The notes under the pieces are model-generated. The model saw only the letters and a list, made by a program, of their open reading frames with translations, made no database searches and was not told the origin of the DNA. Below, piece after piece: positions 35,476 to 50,755 of a DNA stretch of 64,000 nucleotides. The stretch's first letter is position 1. Every line of letters begins with the position of its first letter. Source of the DNA: the human T2T-CHM13v2.0 reference genome, Homo sapiens; the NCBI RefSeq assembly GCF_009914755.1, contig NC_060941.1, one strand, 5' to 3'. A program made the translations under genes and the position numbers.

Positions 35476-35832
35476 GAAACGGTTTGGCTCTGTGTCCCCA
35501 CCCCCGCAACAAATCTCGCTTTGAATTGTAATAATCCCCATGTGTCAAGGGTGGGACCAGGTGGAGATAACTGAATCATGGGGGCAGTTTCCCCCATGCT
35601 ATTCTCGTGATTCCTTCTCACAAGATCTGATGGTTTTATAAGGGGCTCCCCCCACTTGCTCAGCTCTCACTCTTTCTTGTGCTGCCTGTGAAGAGGTGCC
35701 TTCCACCATGACTGTAAGCTTCCTGAGGCCTCCCCAGGCACGCTGAACTGTGAGGCCATTAAACCTCTTTCCTTTATAAACTACCCAGTCTTGGGTATGT
35801 CTTTAATATCAGCGTGAGAACCGACTAATATA
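35476..35832 (+). mobile_element. THE1 (C/D-like) MaLR solo LTR
   Basis: GGTTTGGCTCTGTGTCCCCACCC...ATTAAACCTCTTTCCTTTATAAACTACCCAGTC...GACTAATATA. Confidence 0.88.
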
Positions 35833-37460
35833 CTCCCTTCCAACCACAGGCACCCTTCCTTGATGAAGACAAAACCACAGTTGCAATAAAGTCTTAATGG
35901 TTGACAGTATAATAGGAGACAAGGTAAGAAATGATCACTTAAATGTTTGCCAAGGGAAAGTAATCACCTGGGACTGGTGAGCATAAATGATTTTTGCTCC
36001 AAAGCAAAGAGAAAATCCAGAGTCCACTCTGGGTTTCCTGCCCGATGTAGAACTGTCTCTGTTCCTTCTCTCCCACCCCGGACATGCAGTTCCCTCTCAT
36101 GATTTTGTGGGAAAGCTCCATCCTCAGCTAGGATGGATGCTCTGTGGACAAGAAGCTGAGGCGTCCATCTGCAAGGCTGTCGCAGGGATGCTGAGCAAAG
36201 CTGACACCAGGAGGGAGGGGAAAACCCCGCTGCTGGTAATTCAAGGTCCTATAATCTTCTCCCATTTTGCAGGTGAACAGCCTGGTATAGGAGCCTGAAG
36301 TTATCGGTCCAGAAAGAAAATGCAGGTTCCTGTCTCCTGTCACCTTCAAAACCTTGCTTCCAAAGAAATCATCAGGGAACACCCTGAGAGGAAAGAGCGA
36401 GCCCTGAAAAATGAGCAGAAGTATCCTTGATGGAGAGGAGGAAGTGGTAGCAATGTTGGGTTTTGTCTGTATTGGCCATAGCCAGCAAAAGCCCATTCCC
36501 CTGTCCCGCTCTAAGAAGAAAGCACAGCCAGGGCCTCCAACCCAACTGTGGACAAAGGAAATAAGACAAAGATTGTAGAGTTTGGGACCCAGTCATTCCT
36601 CGTTCTTTCCCACTGAAAACTGAGTGGAATACATTTTGTACCCCAAATGAAGCTAAAGAATATTACAGTGGCTGCAGGTTGAATAAACTGGGGGAAAGGA
36701 GGGAGAGACCAGAACCAAAAACACTCAGATGGGCAAATATATCTCAAACACAGCACGAGAGAAACACAGGGAGTAAATCACAGCAAAGAGAGAAAAAGAG
36801 GAGACAGGGTTATTTTGGGAAGAAAAAACTGGTGCAATTAGATGCAGAAATAACATTTTCAAAGGGGAGGAAGTCACAAGAAATGTAAGGAAGTGAGCTG
36901 TGTATATTATTTTAAATCTTGTTCACATTAACACTGTAAATATTCCAATTAATTCATCATTATTGAATTTGCCAGCAAGGCTAAGGGTAAAACTTCAGCC
37001 CAAAGTTTAATTATACCGAGGCAGAGTGGAGCATTTTTCATGTCCCCAAGAACTGCCAATGGAGAAAGATGAAGCTTTCATAATGGCCAGGGTGACAGCC
37101 ACCTTTCTGAACACAGCTGTTACCTACCTGAGGACTTCCCAGGAAGCCAGCGGGATTCTGGAACCCCCTGAGGTTGTCCAGCTAATTTGCAAAGTGAGAC
37201 AGAGTTTTATGGAAAAGCTATTCAAACCCACTGATGCCAAATGCTCCAACAATCTGTCCACCCTTCCCTTCCTCATCTCCCACAAAGGCACCCATGGCTG
37301 TGCATGTTTATGCGTGTGTCTGTCATCCTACATTCATGTGGCTCTGGTTGATTTCCCAGTTCGCATGCATTTACTTATTAACGATGATCTAATTTGGAGT
37401 CATTGTTTCTTTTCTAATCTATTTCTTTCTTTTCCCTTAGAGCACTTTCAATGCTTACTG

Positions 37461-37830
37461 TGTCAGACCCTCCTTCTGAGGAAGGAGGTGGGACTTGATT
37501 CCAAAGGCGAGGCTCAGTCACGGGACCAAACTGAGGACTAGCTAAAACAGGGGCAGGGTGGAAGCAGCTTTCTATTAGACATGTCCACCCAGTGTGCCAT
37601 ATCAGCTTAACACTGCCATGGCAACATCCTGGAGCTACCACCCCTTTCCATGGCAATGACCCAATGACCCAAAAGCTGCCACCCTTTTCCTAGGATTTTC
37701 TGTATATAATGCCCCTTAATCTAAATGTAATTAAAAGTAGGTTATAAATATAACTGCAAAACTGCCCTGAGCTGCTACTCTTGTCACACTGCCTTATAGG
37801 GTAGCCCTGCTCTGTGGGACCAGTCATGGG
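37461..37830 (+). mobile_element. MER41-family LTR (C/D/E-like), 3'-truncated
   Basis: CCATGGCAATGACCCAATGACCC...CTGCCTTATAGGGTAGCCCTGCTCTG. Confidence 0.72.
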
Positions 37831-38129
37831 AGTGTCAAAGTTAAACCTGGAATGTTTCCTTCTTGTGATTTTGGGACATAACCATGCTCTGCCATGCCCA
37901 AAAGCCTCCATCAAGATCAATGGGTGGAAACAGAAATTGGATTATGGTGGTCAAATAAAAAATAAAGAGCTATTGTAGAATACTTAGGGGAGAAATGGGC
38001 AATGGTCAAATGCTTCATATCCCCTGGCCCCAAAGCCAAAGTCAAGTACAAAGAAGCCAAGGAAGCATGTTGTTAAGTTCCAAAAGTTTGTCTCTGCTTG
38101 TTAGAACATAGTGCTAGCAAGATCACAAT

Positions 38130-38621
38130 CACAGGAACTTATGAAACAGGCCTAATTGTTGCATGAAACTGATATTTATGGTTTCTTTTGAATAAACACA
38201 GAAATGGACCCTCCCAGCCTTAAAACTTGAGAAAGTTACATTCGTCTTATCTGAGTTCCTTTCTCAGAAAACCAACCACCTAGTGCCTAGATAGTATCAT
38301 GGAGCTGAAACTTACCAATCACTGCATCTGGACAATGAAACCCCTCACCTGTCATGATCACCTAACTGATCATGTGCTTCCTATTGACCAACTCCTCTAC
38401 TCCTCCCTAATTCCTGTTTCCCCACACATGGTTCCATTTCTTCCCTGCTATATAAACCCCCTAATTTTAGTCAGTTGAAGAGAAGGATTTGGGACTGACC
38501 TCCTATCTCCTCAGCTGCAACACCTGATTAAGGCCTTTCCTGGCAGTACCCACTGTTTCAGTGATTGGCTTTCTGTGCAGCAAGCAACAAGACCTAGACC
38601 AAACCCCTGGTTTCAGTAACA
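38130..38621 (+). mobile_element. MER39-like ERV1 LTR
   Basis: AAACTTGAGAAAGTTACATT...CCCTGCTATATAAACCCCC...CAGTAACA. Confidence 0.72.
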
Positions 38622-39501
38622 CTTAGAGCCTACAGAAACCACTCCAATTTCCCTGTGCCCACAACCACAAAATAAGCTCCCAGGCCCTAGCCAGGCACCC
38701 AGCAAATGCAGGTCCTTGGCTACAAGGTAGGCTAAGAAAAAATGCATAATGTAGGTTAGTGTCCCACCTGGGTTAGATAAAATCTAATTAAGCATCATCT
38801 TATCAAAAGAGCCAAAAGAATCATCATCTCTATAAAGAAGGGCACCAACACACACACATACACTCCCTTTTCTTTAGATCATTGTAAGCCTCAAGTTATA
38901 AAAAATGATGGTGTGTGTTAGGTGTGTGCTTTGGAGGGAAAATGCCAGAAAAGGCTTTGTGATCAAATGTTCCTGTCTTTCCAATCTAACTGCCTTTCTC
39001 TCTCACCTCTCTTTGCTTCAAGAACATTCATGACACTGGGTCTCTGAATAGTAATTCACAAGGCAAAATTATTGGCGGCTTTATATTACAGCCCATTTTC
39101 CTGACTCCTTTGAAGGGTGGGCAATTAGAACCTCAAACACAATTTTTTCATTCTGGCCAGTGCCACGTTAAAATGGGCAAAAAGCGGGGAAAATGGCCTC
39201 AACCTTTCTTTCGCAATCAGTTCACGATGCTTGATTGAAACCTACCAATTACTTTTCCCCCCATTTGCTCATGAGAGGTAATCAAGGTGGAAGAAAAATC
39301 TGAAGCTAGGAGAGACAGAGAAATTGCAGGCAATTTTCCCAGTGAAAGGGCTTTCTCTAGCTGCCTGATTCTGATGTCCCTATTAGGAGCTGGCTGAACA
39401 TGGTCCATGGTCTCACGACAGACTTGGAGAGACCGGGGACAGCGTGCTTTACTCTGGCGCCTCAGGTCCAGAGCACGTGATGGCACTGGCCTTCATCTTC
39501 A

Positions 39502-39914
39502 TTTTTATTTTTTTATTTTTATTTATTATTATTATTATTATTATACTTTAAGTTTTAGGGTACATGTGCACAACATGCAGGTTTGTTACATACGTATACA
39601 TGTGCCATGTTGGTGTGCTGCACGCATTAACTCATCATTTAGCGTTAAGTATATCTCCTAATGCTATCCCTCCTCCCTCCCCCCACCCCACAACAGGCCC
39701 CAGTGCGTGATGTTCCCCTTCCTGGGTCCATGTGTTCTCATTGTTCAATTCCCGCCTATGAGTGAGAACACGCGGTGTTTGGTTTTTTGTCCTTGCGATA
39801 GTTTGCTGAGAATGATGGTTTCCAGCTTCATCCATGTCCCTACAAAGGACATGAACTCATCATTTTTTATGGCTGCATAGTATTCCATGGTGTATATGTG
39901 CCACATTTTCTTAA
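39502..39914 (-). mobile_element. Younger L1PA 3' fragment (about 400 bp) with (TAA)n tail
   Basis: TATACTTTAAGTTTTAGGGTACATGTGCACAAC...; ORF2 C-terminus MKLETIILSKLSQGQKTKHR. Confidence 0.93.
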
Positions 39915-40359
39915 TGGCACAAGGGGATCTCTCCTTTCCAGAACCAGGGCAGTCCGTCCCTAGAGGGACCTTGACTCTGTCAACCGACACTGTCACCTTC
40001 TGCTACCATCTTGGAAAGGGTATCTGGATGTTTCACTTCTCTTGGGGATTTCCAGAAAAAGACAGCCCATTAGGGTATTGTCTTCATGTATTTTAGGAAA
40101 ATAAACAAGGTCCCCAGCCCCAGGGGCCTTCTTGCTGTGAACACACCAAGCTTGTTCCAACCTCTGGGCTTCTGTTCCTGTTTTTCTCTCTTGGCCTGGT
40201 ATTCTCTTCCTCTAGACATTCCCATCATAACGGCTTTTGGCCAACATCCTTCAGACCTTACTCACATGCCATCTTCTCAGTGAACAGTCTCAATATCCCA
40301 CTTAAAACATCAACATCCCCTACACCCCCTTTATTGCTGTATTTTTCTCCATACCTGTA

Positions 40360-41191
40360 CTATATATAGGAATAAAATCCCATAATATTTTTCCCTACTC
40401 TCATATAAAAATCAACACAGAATACTTCTATGACCTCTGGTCACCAAACTGTATGGGGATTTCTCCCCACCAACATGGAGTGGGGGTAATTCAATTCAAT
40501 CCAGACACTATCTACCTGGAGGTAGCATCAGATCCCACAGGTGAAGGCTCAGTCCCAAAAGACTGCCCATACTTCAGGTCAATTGCAAGTAGTAGGTTGT
40601 CACCTATGCTTCTGACTGATCCACTATAAATTGGGGTTCACACTAGACCTTCCTTGGGTTCAATTAATTTACTAGGATGGCTCACAGAACCCAAGGAAAC
40701 ACTTCACTTATGTTCACCATTTATTACAAAGAGTATTTTAAAGGATACAGATGAACAGCCAAATGGAAGCAATGCATAGGGAGGTTATATAGGAAGGGGG
40801 CGTGGAGCTTCCACGCCCTTTCCAGGCACACTATCCTCCAGGAACCTCCAAGTGTTCAGCTATCAGGAACTCATCCAAACCTTGCCCTTTGGGTTTTTTA
40901 TGGAGGCGTCATGATTTAAGCCTGAATCATTAAGTCATTAGCCCAGAGGTCAGGAGGTGAGATTGAAAGTCCCAACCTTCTAATCATGCCCTGGTCTTTC
41001 TCTTCACCAGCCTCCATCCTGAAGCTATCTAGGGGCTCCCAGCCACCAGCCATCTCGCTTCCATACAAAAGATACTCTTATCACTCATACAAAAGATTCT
41101 CTTATCAACTCCAGAGATTCCATGGGTTTTAGGAACTGTATGCTAGAATGCCGGAGGAAAACCAATTATATATTTCACAATATCACAGTAT
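40360..41191 (-). mobile_element. MER21/MER77-family LTR
   Basis: Reverse complement resembles the 32575 element (AATTCAATTCAAT...CACTATCTACCTGGAG...ATATCACAGTATCA). Confidence 0.72.
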
Positions 41192-41306
41192 CACTCACTG
41201 CTATCTAGTTTCTACATGCTCTTTTTACTTCATTATCATTTCTGCTGCCCAAAGCTAACACAAGCTCTGTGAGGACAGGAGGTTTTGTCTGTTTTGCCGT
41301 AGTGTT

Positions 41307-41832
41307 ACTAAAACCACCCTCACAGGGTGAACAAGAATGACAAGCCAGGCTTTAGGCAGGATTATAGTTAGGCATGACCAGGGTGCCCTGGTGTACTTCA
41401 ACCCACTTCCCTGCAGCTGCTGAGTGACAGGTAGCATGCTGACCACCTGCCCTCCCATTGTTTCTATAGATAAATCTCTCACCCTAGACCTTTTTACCCA
41501 AGAATTGCTTCAGGAATTCAGAAATTCCAGTGAAACTGGCAAATGCCACCTGGTCTGAAGACCCCCGCCAAGGAACCGACTCAGCACAAGAATGTGGTTT
41601 CTTCAGCTCCCTGTCCCATGACTTCACCCTACACTTTCTGACCAATCAGTGACCCCCACATTTTACCCCATCATTTGTCCAGACTCCTTAAAAACCCCAT
41701 CCTCAAACCTCTTGAGGAGGCTAATTTGAGGTTTCCTCCCATCTTCTCATTCAGCTACCCTGAGATGATTAAACTCTTTCTCTGCTGCAACTCCTGCTGT
41801 TTCAGTGTGTTGGTCTGTTACTGCACAATGGG
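41307..41832 (+). mobile_element. LTR26-like ERV1 LTR
   Basis: AAACCACCCTCACAGGGTGAACAAGAAT...ATTAAACTCTTTCTCTGCTGCAA. Confidence 0.68.
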
Positions 41833-41994
41833 TTTAAGAGCATCCTAAGAGCTCCCTACTCCTCACACACTGCCTGGCACATAGCAGGGGCTCCATGATC
41901 TGTCATCCATCATCCATCACGATGTGGGGAATGACAGAGGACAGCAAAGTACGCCCCACTCTTCATGGGGTTTATGAAGAAGAAAAGAACTTGG

Positions 41995-42704
<710 letters not shown>

Positions 42705-42999
42705 TTAACTGAACTTGTGAACCCTGAAAAGAATTCTTTGCAAGCATGGAACCCAGTGAGCTCTAAGGGCTGCCTAGGATTTTTGTCAGCCTGAATCTGC
42801 CACATTGCTGGTCTCCAGACATCAGTGGCATCTGGGATGAGGGATGCTGGCAGGAGTTGGAGAGTTCCTGCTAAGTTCCAGCCACGCTGCCTACAAGAAG
42901 GCACAATTCCATCTGTGGTTTGTCACAGAGGACTTGGACCACTAAGCCCAGCCCTGCTAGAGCTCTTGACCCAACCTGTTGCCCCCATACTTAGATGAT

Positions 43000-44110
43000 C
43001 AGTAGATTTTTAATAAGGGTACCAAACAATTCAATGGGGAAAGGAAAATCTTGATCTCCCACCCTCACACCACACACACAAGTTAATGCAAGATGTCTTA
43101 CAGAGCTAAATTTAAGGTTAAAACTATACAGCATCTAGAAGAAAATATATAACAATCTCTTCACAACTTGAGAGCAGGCAAAGATTTCTTAGTGAAAACA
43201 CAAAAGGTGTGAACCATGAAGGAACAACTTGATAAATTAAGCTTTATCAAAATTAAAAGTTTTTCTCATCAAAAGACACCATTAAAAACCGAAATGGCAA
43301 GCCACATATCGGTTTAAAAAAAATTCACAGCCAGGTGCAGTGGCTCATGCCTGTAATCCCAGCACTTTGGGAGGCTAAGGCAGGTGGATCACTTGAGGTC
43401 AGGAGTTCGAGACCAGCCTGGCCCATCTCTACTAAAAATACAAAAATTAGTTGGACATGGTAGCACATGCCCGTAGTCCCAGCTACCTGGGAGGCTGACA
43501 GGAGAATGGCTTGAACCTGGGAGGCGGAGGTTGCAGTGAGCTAAGATCGCACCACTGCGCTCCAGCCTGGGCAACAGACCGAGACTCCATCTCAAAAAAA
43601 AAAAAAAAAAATCACAATACGTATACCTGAAACAGGACTTGCATCCAGAATATATAAAGAACATCTACAAATCAATAATAAAAAGACAAATGACCTACTA
43701 AAAAGGGGGAAAAGAATTAGATGCTTCATAAAAGTATATATATACAAATGGACAATAACAACAACAAAATGTGCTGAACGTCTCAGTCCTCAGGAAAATA
43801 TAAACAAAAACTAAAAGATACTATTTCTTACACGCTGGAATATACAATGGCTAAAGTGAACAAGACTGGCAACACCCAGTGTTGACAAGGATGTGAAACA
43901 AATGGAACTCTCACACGCTGCCGGTAGAAGTGTCAAATAGCACAACCACTTTGGAAGACTTTTTGACAGTTTCTTATAAAATATAAGAATCCTGCATCTG
44001 AGGATTCAGCAATTCTACTCTGAGGTATTTTCTAAAAACAAGTGAAAACATGTTCCCCCCAAAACCTTATAAACAAATGTCCACAGCAGCTTTATTCTTA
44101 AATAGTCCTA
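43000..44110 (+). mobile_element. L1M ORF2 3' fragment interrupted by an Alu
   Basis: GGCAAAGATTTCTTA...AAAAGACACCATTAA...ACAACCACTTTGGAA. Confidence 0.75.
43329..43611 (+). mobile_element. AluS
   Basis: Dimer with a short internal deletion. Confidence 0.9.
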
Positions 44111-44375
44111 CACTAAGCATGCAAGAATGCAGGAGGGCTTTGTGATCAATCCACTCATCCAGGAAGTGATTCAACAGAGACTGAGGAACAGAGAAACCTT
44201 CATAGCAGAAGCTGTGGTCACCAATGAGTGCATTTCTATAGGGCAAAACAGGCAGACAAGGATGCAAATATTATGAATCCCAAGCAAATAGAATTAACAC
44301 AAATACATAATCTGGAGCTGGAGGAAAGGGGGCAGGAAAAAGTATATTTCTGCAGCAAGGACTCATTCCATAACA

Positions 44376-45100
44376 CAGTTGACCCTTGAACAACACGGGT
44401 CTCAACTGTGGGTGGGAGGTCCACTTAGACACGGATTTTCTTCTGCCTCTACCACCCTTGAGACAGCAAGAGCAGCCCCTTCTCCTCCTCAGCCTACTCA
44501 ATGAGAAGACTGGCCAGGTGTGGTGGCTCATGCCTGTAATCCCAACACTTTCGGAGGCCAAGGCGAGCGGATCACCTAAGGTCAGGAGTTTGAGACCGGA
44601 CTGCCCAATACAGTAAAACCCCGTCTCTACTAAAAATACAAAAATTAGCCGGGTGTGGTGACACACACGTGTGATCCCAGCTACTCAGGAGGCAAGGCAG
44701 GAGAATTGCTTGAACCCAGGAAGGGGAGGTTGCAGTGAGCCAAGATCGTGCCACTGCACTCCAGCCTTGGCAACAGAGTGAGACTCTGTCTCAAAAAAAA
44801 GATGATGAGCATGAAGACTTTCATGATCCACTTCCACTTAATGAACAGTAAATATGTTTTCTCTTATGACGTTCTTAATAACATTTTCTTTTCTCTAGCA
44901 TACTTTATTGTAGGAATACAGTATGTAATACAACTAACATACAAAATATGTGTTAATCTACTGTTTATGTTAGCAGTAAGGCTTCTGGTCAACAGTAGGC
45001 TATTAGTAGTTAAGTTTTTGGGGGTCAAAAGTTACATGTGGATTTTTGTCTGTGCAGAGGTTTGGTGTCCCTAACCCCCATGTTGTTCAAGGGTCAACTG
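44376..45100. mobile_element. Tigger2a fossil (opposite orientation to the 4228 copy) interrupted by an Alu
   Basis: TIRs CAGTTGACCCTTGAACAAC ... GTTGTTCAAGGGTCAACTG + TA. Confidence 0.88.
44512..44800 (+). mobile_element. AluS inside Tigger2a
   Basis: Full dimer. Confidence 0.9.
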
Positions 45101-45623
45101 TATACAAAATTACTCTATATTGTTTAAGCATAACAACTCCAGCTTCTTCATGGTGTTCATACTATTTTTTCTTACCTTTAATGGTTCTTTTTTTGAATGA
45201 ATATTTCTTTTGGTGAAGAGATATTTAAAGTTTAGCAATTTCTTTATATTTCAGATTCTTATGCTTTAGTTAAATTCAAGTAAAATCAAATTTAATACTT
45301 ATTTTGTAAATTGCATGTAACTATGCAGAGGCAGATGTTGAGAACTGTGTCTTAAGAATGTTCATATGATTTCTGGGTCTGGAGGGGTGGCACTTGGGGA
45401 GATTTCTTGCCTTCTTCTCTGAACCCTCTATGTTGCTTAAATTTTATTTTAAAAAGCAGGCATTGTTTCTGTAAAATTAATCAAGTTGTAGTTTAAAAGA
45501 ATAAAGTAGGTCTCTTTCAGGTCCTAATTCTGGCACCTTGTTCATTTCTTTCATGATAATCTTCACAAATTATAGGCAAAAGTGTATTTCCATGTGTTAA
45601 TTTAATATCTGTTTCCACTACTA

Positions 45624-46034
<411 letters not shown>

Positions 46035-46058
46035 TTATAGAGTTAAAAAAAAAAAATC

Positions 46059-46370
46059 AGCCAGGCACGGTGGCTCATGCCTGTAATCCCAGCACTTTGG
46101 GAGGCCGAGGCGGGCGGATCATGAGGTTAGGAGATCAAGACCATCCTGGCTAACACGGTGAAACCCGGTCTCTACTAAAAATAGAAAAATTAGCTGGGTG
46201 TAGGGGCAGGTGCCTGTAGTCCCAGCTACTAGGAAGGGTGAGGCAGGAGAATGGTGTGAACCTGAGAGGCAGAGCTTGCAGTGAGCTGAGATCCACAATT
46301 GCACTCCAGCCTGGGTGACAGAGTGAGACTCCGTCTCAAAAAACAAAACAAAACAAAACACCAACAACAA
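46059..46370 (+). mobile_element. AluSc/Y-like
   Basis: Full dimer, in tandem with the previous Alu. Confidence 0.9.
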
Positions 46371-46795
46371 CATAAATCAGCAAGATTGACCCTCTCTTTT
46401 TTTTTTTTTTTTTTTTGAGATAGACCCAAAATGACAGGATATTCTCGGAATTCAAAGACTGAACTTACAGAACCCCACAGGGCTTCATCTGTAGTCTTTC
46501 ACTAGGAGACCCTGAGGGCAGCAGTGCTGTCACCTGATGCCTTCATACGCCTAGAGAAATGGAATACATTTTAGCTTAATGAGCTGCTTCTTCCAATAGT
46601 TTTATGTAGATAAATGAGAGAATGACTCACAGATCTTGATTCTTTCCGAAAACTGGTTCCTAAACAGTGCATGAGGCTCTATCATGATGGTTGATTGCGT
46701 GATCACAAGAATATTCCTCCAAAGCTAACGGAAATAATACCCACTTGAAAGTTGCAAACAAACCCGGATATAGCATCGGTGGAATTTCAAGGTAA

Positions 46796-47149
<354 letters not shown>

Positions 47150-49934
47150 TAGTGATTCTTATTACTTCTTACTTCAAACGCTCTCTGCAATCGTTAATCC
47201 TCCATTCCCCTCTGCAAACAGGGTTACAGTCCTTTCTACTCTTCTTGAACAATGAATTTGTTATAAACATTCTTAGCATCTTAAGTGATCTGTACTGCTG
47301 CTCCTTAAATTTCTATTTGGAAGATAAATGGAGAATGCTAAATGTCAGCGTCTAAGTGGTTCTCTCATCTACCATAGAGAGCATGATGGTCCTGGGATTT
47401 AAAAAAGAAGAAATTCCTATTTCATGTATCAAGAGTTTCTGCTTTGGTTTTGGGTCTGTTAGTCTGACTCTTTGAAGCTTCGGAGCTGTTCCTATCTCTA
47501 AAATGGATCTTGAGAAGACTGGGACTAGTTTTTCATGACACCATGGGAGTTCTGAGATTGGAGGAGAGTTCCTAAGAAATATGAACTCTAATGAAACCAA
47601 CCAATAGTGGCATCACTACTTCTGTGTTTATACCCTTGGTTCTGCTCATGCGGTTCACTGAGGCACTAAAGGAGCAAGTAATGCTTGACCTTTGCTGTGG
47701 AGGTCAAAGAAATCTTAAGATAAGAAAGGCTGCCTGAACCAACTTAAAAGGTCGAGGATTCTCTAGACAGGGGGAATATTCAGGTTTAATAGGCAAGAAA
47801 ATGTTTTTAAAATGAGGCATTCTTTACGGAACCACAAGTAGCCCCCTGTGGCTGGAATGCAGGGCGTGTAGGGGGAAAATTTTTAAAAGATGGAGTTACA
47901 AAGACAGGCAGGGGACAGATAATATAAGCTTTTTAGGTCATGTTAAGGACTTTGGGCTGTATCCTGCAATTGCTGGGATTTTGAACCTCTAAATAGAAAA
48001 ATTACCACATTGATTCTGCAATTTTAGAAAGTTCACATTCATAGCAGTATGATGCTGCACTAGAGATAAAAAGTACATTAATCCTGAAATCCAATGGTAT
48101 GTGCTTTGGAGCATTCCATGCAACCAGAATAAAGTGAATTGGATATTTCTAGAATGATATTCACCACTAAGGATGAGTATTACGGAGAGAGATTCATTAA
48201 AAACATGTATGACATTCTCTCTTCATTTTCAAAATGTCAAAGATGACATCTGCCTCAACTCCAAACCTACTATTTGAAGATAAAACATACATATCACATA
48301 CATTTCACATAATGAAAATGCAGGGAGTAGTACTGGGACTATCATTCAAATCAGCCTGGTATACGTTAATTAAAATCATAGAGCCCTCTGACCAACTATG
48401 TGATTATAACCTCATCTTCATCAATCTATGTTCCATAGAACGAAAGTTCTGTGAGATAAAAACAGATGAGAAAAACTGATTTTCATAAACAAGGATGTTT
48501 AGAAGCTTCTGTTTACAGCAAAGATGTAGCAACAGAGACTGGGTTTACCCTCCCACCTAAAACAACACAGACAAAATATGCATACAAAAATAACCATTTC
48601 AAGGCAGTGGGTGACAGGCAATAAGAGACAGTGCTCTCTGAGAGACAGAAAATAAATGAGGTAAGCTCTGTGATTGTTCCAGCTTGCTGCCTTGAGATAG
48701 TTTCCAGGTTGCAGAGCAAGGACAGGGGCATCAGGTGGAGCCCAGCAGACTCCCTGAGTGGAGGGGACAGAGCTGAAGGTCAGGGAGACCAAGGCACTCA
48801 GGGTACACAAGACAAAGTGCCAGAGAGGACAGTATTGCACAGAGACAGAAAGCCAGTTATGCAGAAGGCAGCCCTCGAGGATCCAACAGAGTACTTAGTG
48901 CACGCATGGGGGAAAACTCCCTGAGTTTGGGGAGAAACAGTTTGAAAGGATTCAGGGAAACAGGTCCAAGAACAGTGCCTACTCCTACCAGTCTGACGTT
49001 GGTTAGAGTACCCAGAAGGGTCTTGCCTAAGTAGAGGGGATTAACCAGCCCTAGACTCACCACAGCTCAAACTCCACCTAATCAATCTCAAAAGCAACCC
49101 AATGGGATAAAATTATTTCTAAGTAACTTAACTGTGTTGCAGAACAAAGCCCAAGAATATTCATAAAAATACAAAAATAAGCAAGGTAGGATTCACAATG
49201 TCTAGCATCCATTAAAAAATTAAAGGACATTCAAAGAAGCGAGAAAATTGAAACCATGGCGAGAAGAAGCAATAAAAACCAACTCAGAACTGACAGACGT
49301 TAGAACTGGAAGACAATATCATGAAAGCAGTTATTACAATGGTATTCCACATGTTCAAAATATTAGATACAGGAGTCACGAAAATGAATCACATTAATGC
49401 CCTAGATATAGAAAAAGGACACTCTCTAATATTTTAAAAATACACTAGAAAGTATGAATGGAAAACAATATATTGCAGAAGAAATTATCAGAGGACTTGA
49501 AAACACAGCAATAGACACGATCCCAAGTGAAACACAGAGAAAATAATTTTAAAAAATGAACAAAGCATCTGTGAGTTGTGGGACAACTTCAAGCAGCTTA
49601 ATGCATAAGTATATGGAGTCAGAACAGTAGAAAACATATTTGAAAGAATAATGGCCAAATGTTTCCAAATCTGATGGAACCATTAAACCCACAGATCCAT
49701 GAAGCCGAATAAACCCTAAGCACAAGAAACAGGAAACTTTACCAAGGTACACCATAATCAAATTGTTTGAAGCCAGTGACCAAGAGAAAATATTAAAAGT
49801 AGCCAGAGACAAAATAGATACATTCCATACATACATACGTTCCTTATGTACAGAGGAAGATAAATAAGGATGATGGCATATGAAAAGATGTTCAACATCA
49901 TTAGTCAATGGGGAAATGCAAATTAAAACTAAAT

Positions 49935-50404
<470 letters not shown>

Positions 50405-50456
50405 AATACACATACATACATACAAGGAAATACCATTATACACCCATTAAGATAAT

Positions 50457-50755
50457 GTTTTTTTCTTTTTTTGAGACAGAGTCTCACTCTGTTTCACCCA
50501 GGCTGGAGTGCAATGGCACAGTCTCACCTCACTGCAGCCTCTAACTCCCAGGTTCAAGTGATTCTCCTGTCTCAGCCTCCCGAGTAGCTGGGTCTACAGT
50601 ATGTGCCACCACACCCAGTAAATTTTGTATTTTTAGTAGAGACAGGGTTTCACCATGTTGGCCAGGCTGGTCTTGAACTCCTGATCTCAGGTGATCCACC
50701 CGCCTCAGCCTCCCAAAGTGCTGAGATTACAGGCGTGAGCCTCTGCACCCGGCCT
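50457..50755 (-). mobile_element. AluS
   Basis: Antisense dimer; TSD-like TAAGATAA. Confidence 0.92.

Larger units (their letters stand above)
40100..41900 (+). mobile_element. L2 3' end split into three pieces by two LTR insertions
   Basis: L2 motifs at about 40140-40350, 41200-41300 (AAGCTCTGTGAGGACAGG) and 41870 (TGCCTGGCACATAG). Confidence 0.6.

Noticed and set aside
37026-37541. 171-aa ORF in mostly unique sequence
   Set aside because: Non-ATG start, runs into an LTR, no recognisable domain or supporting splice structure.
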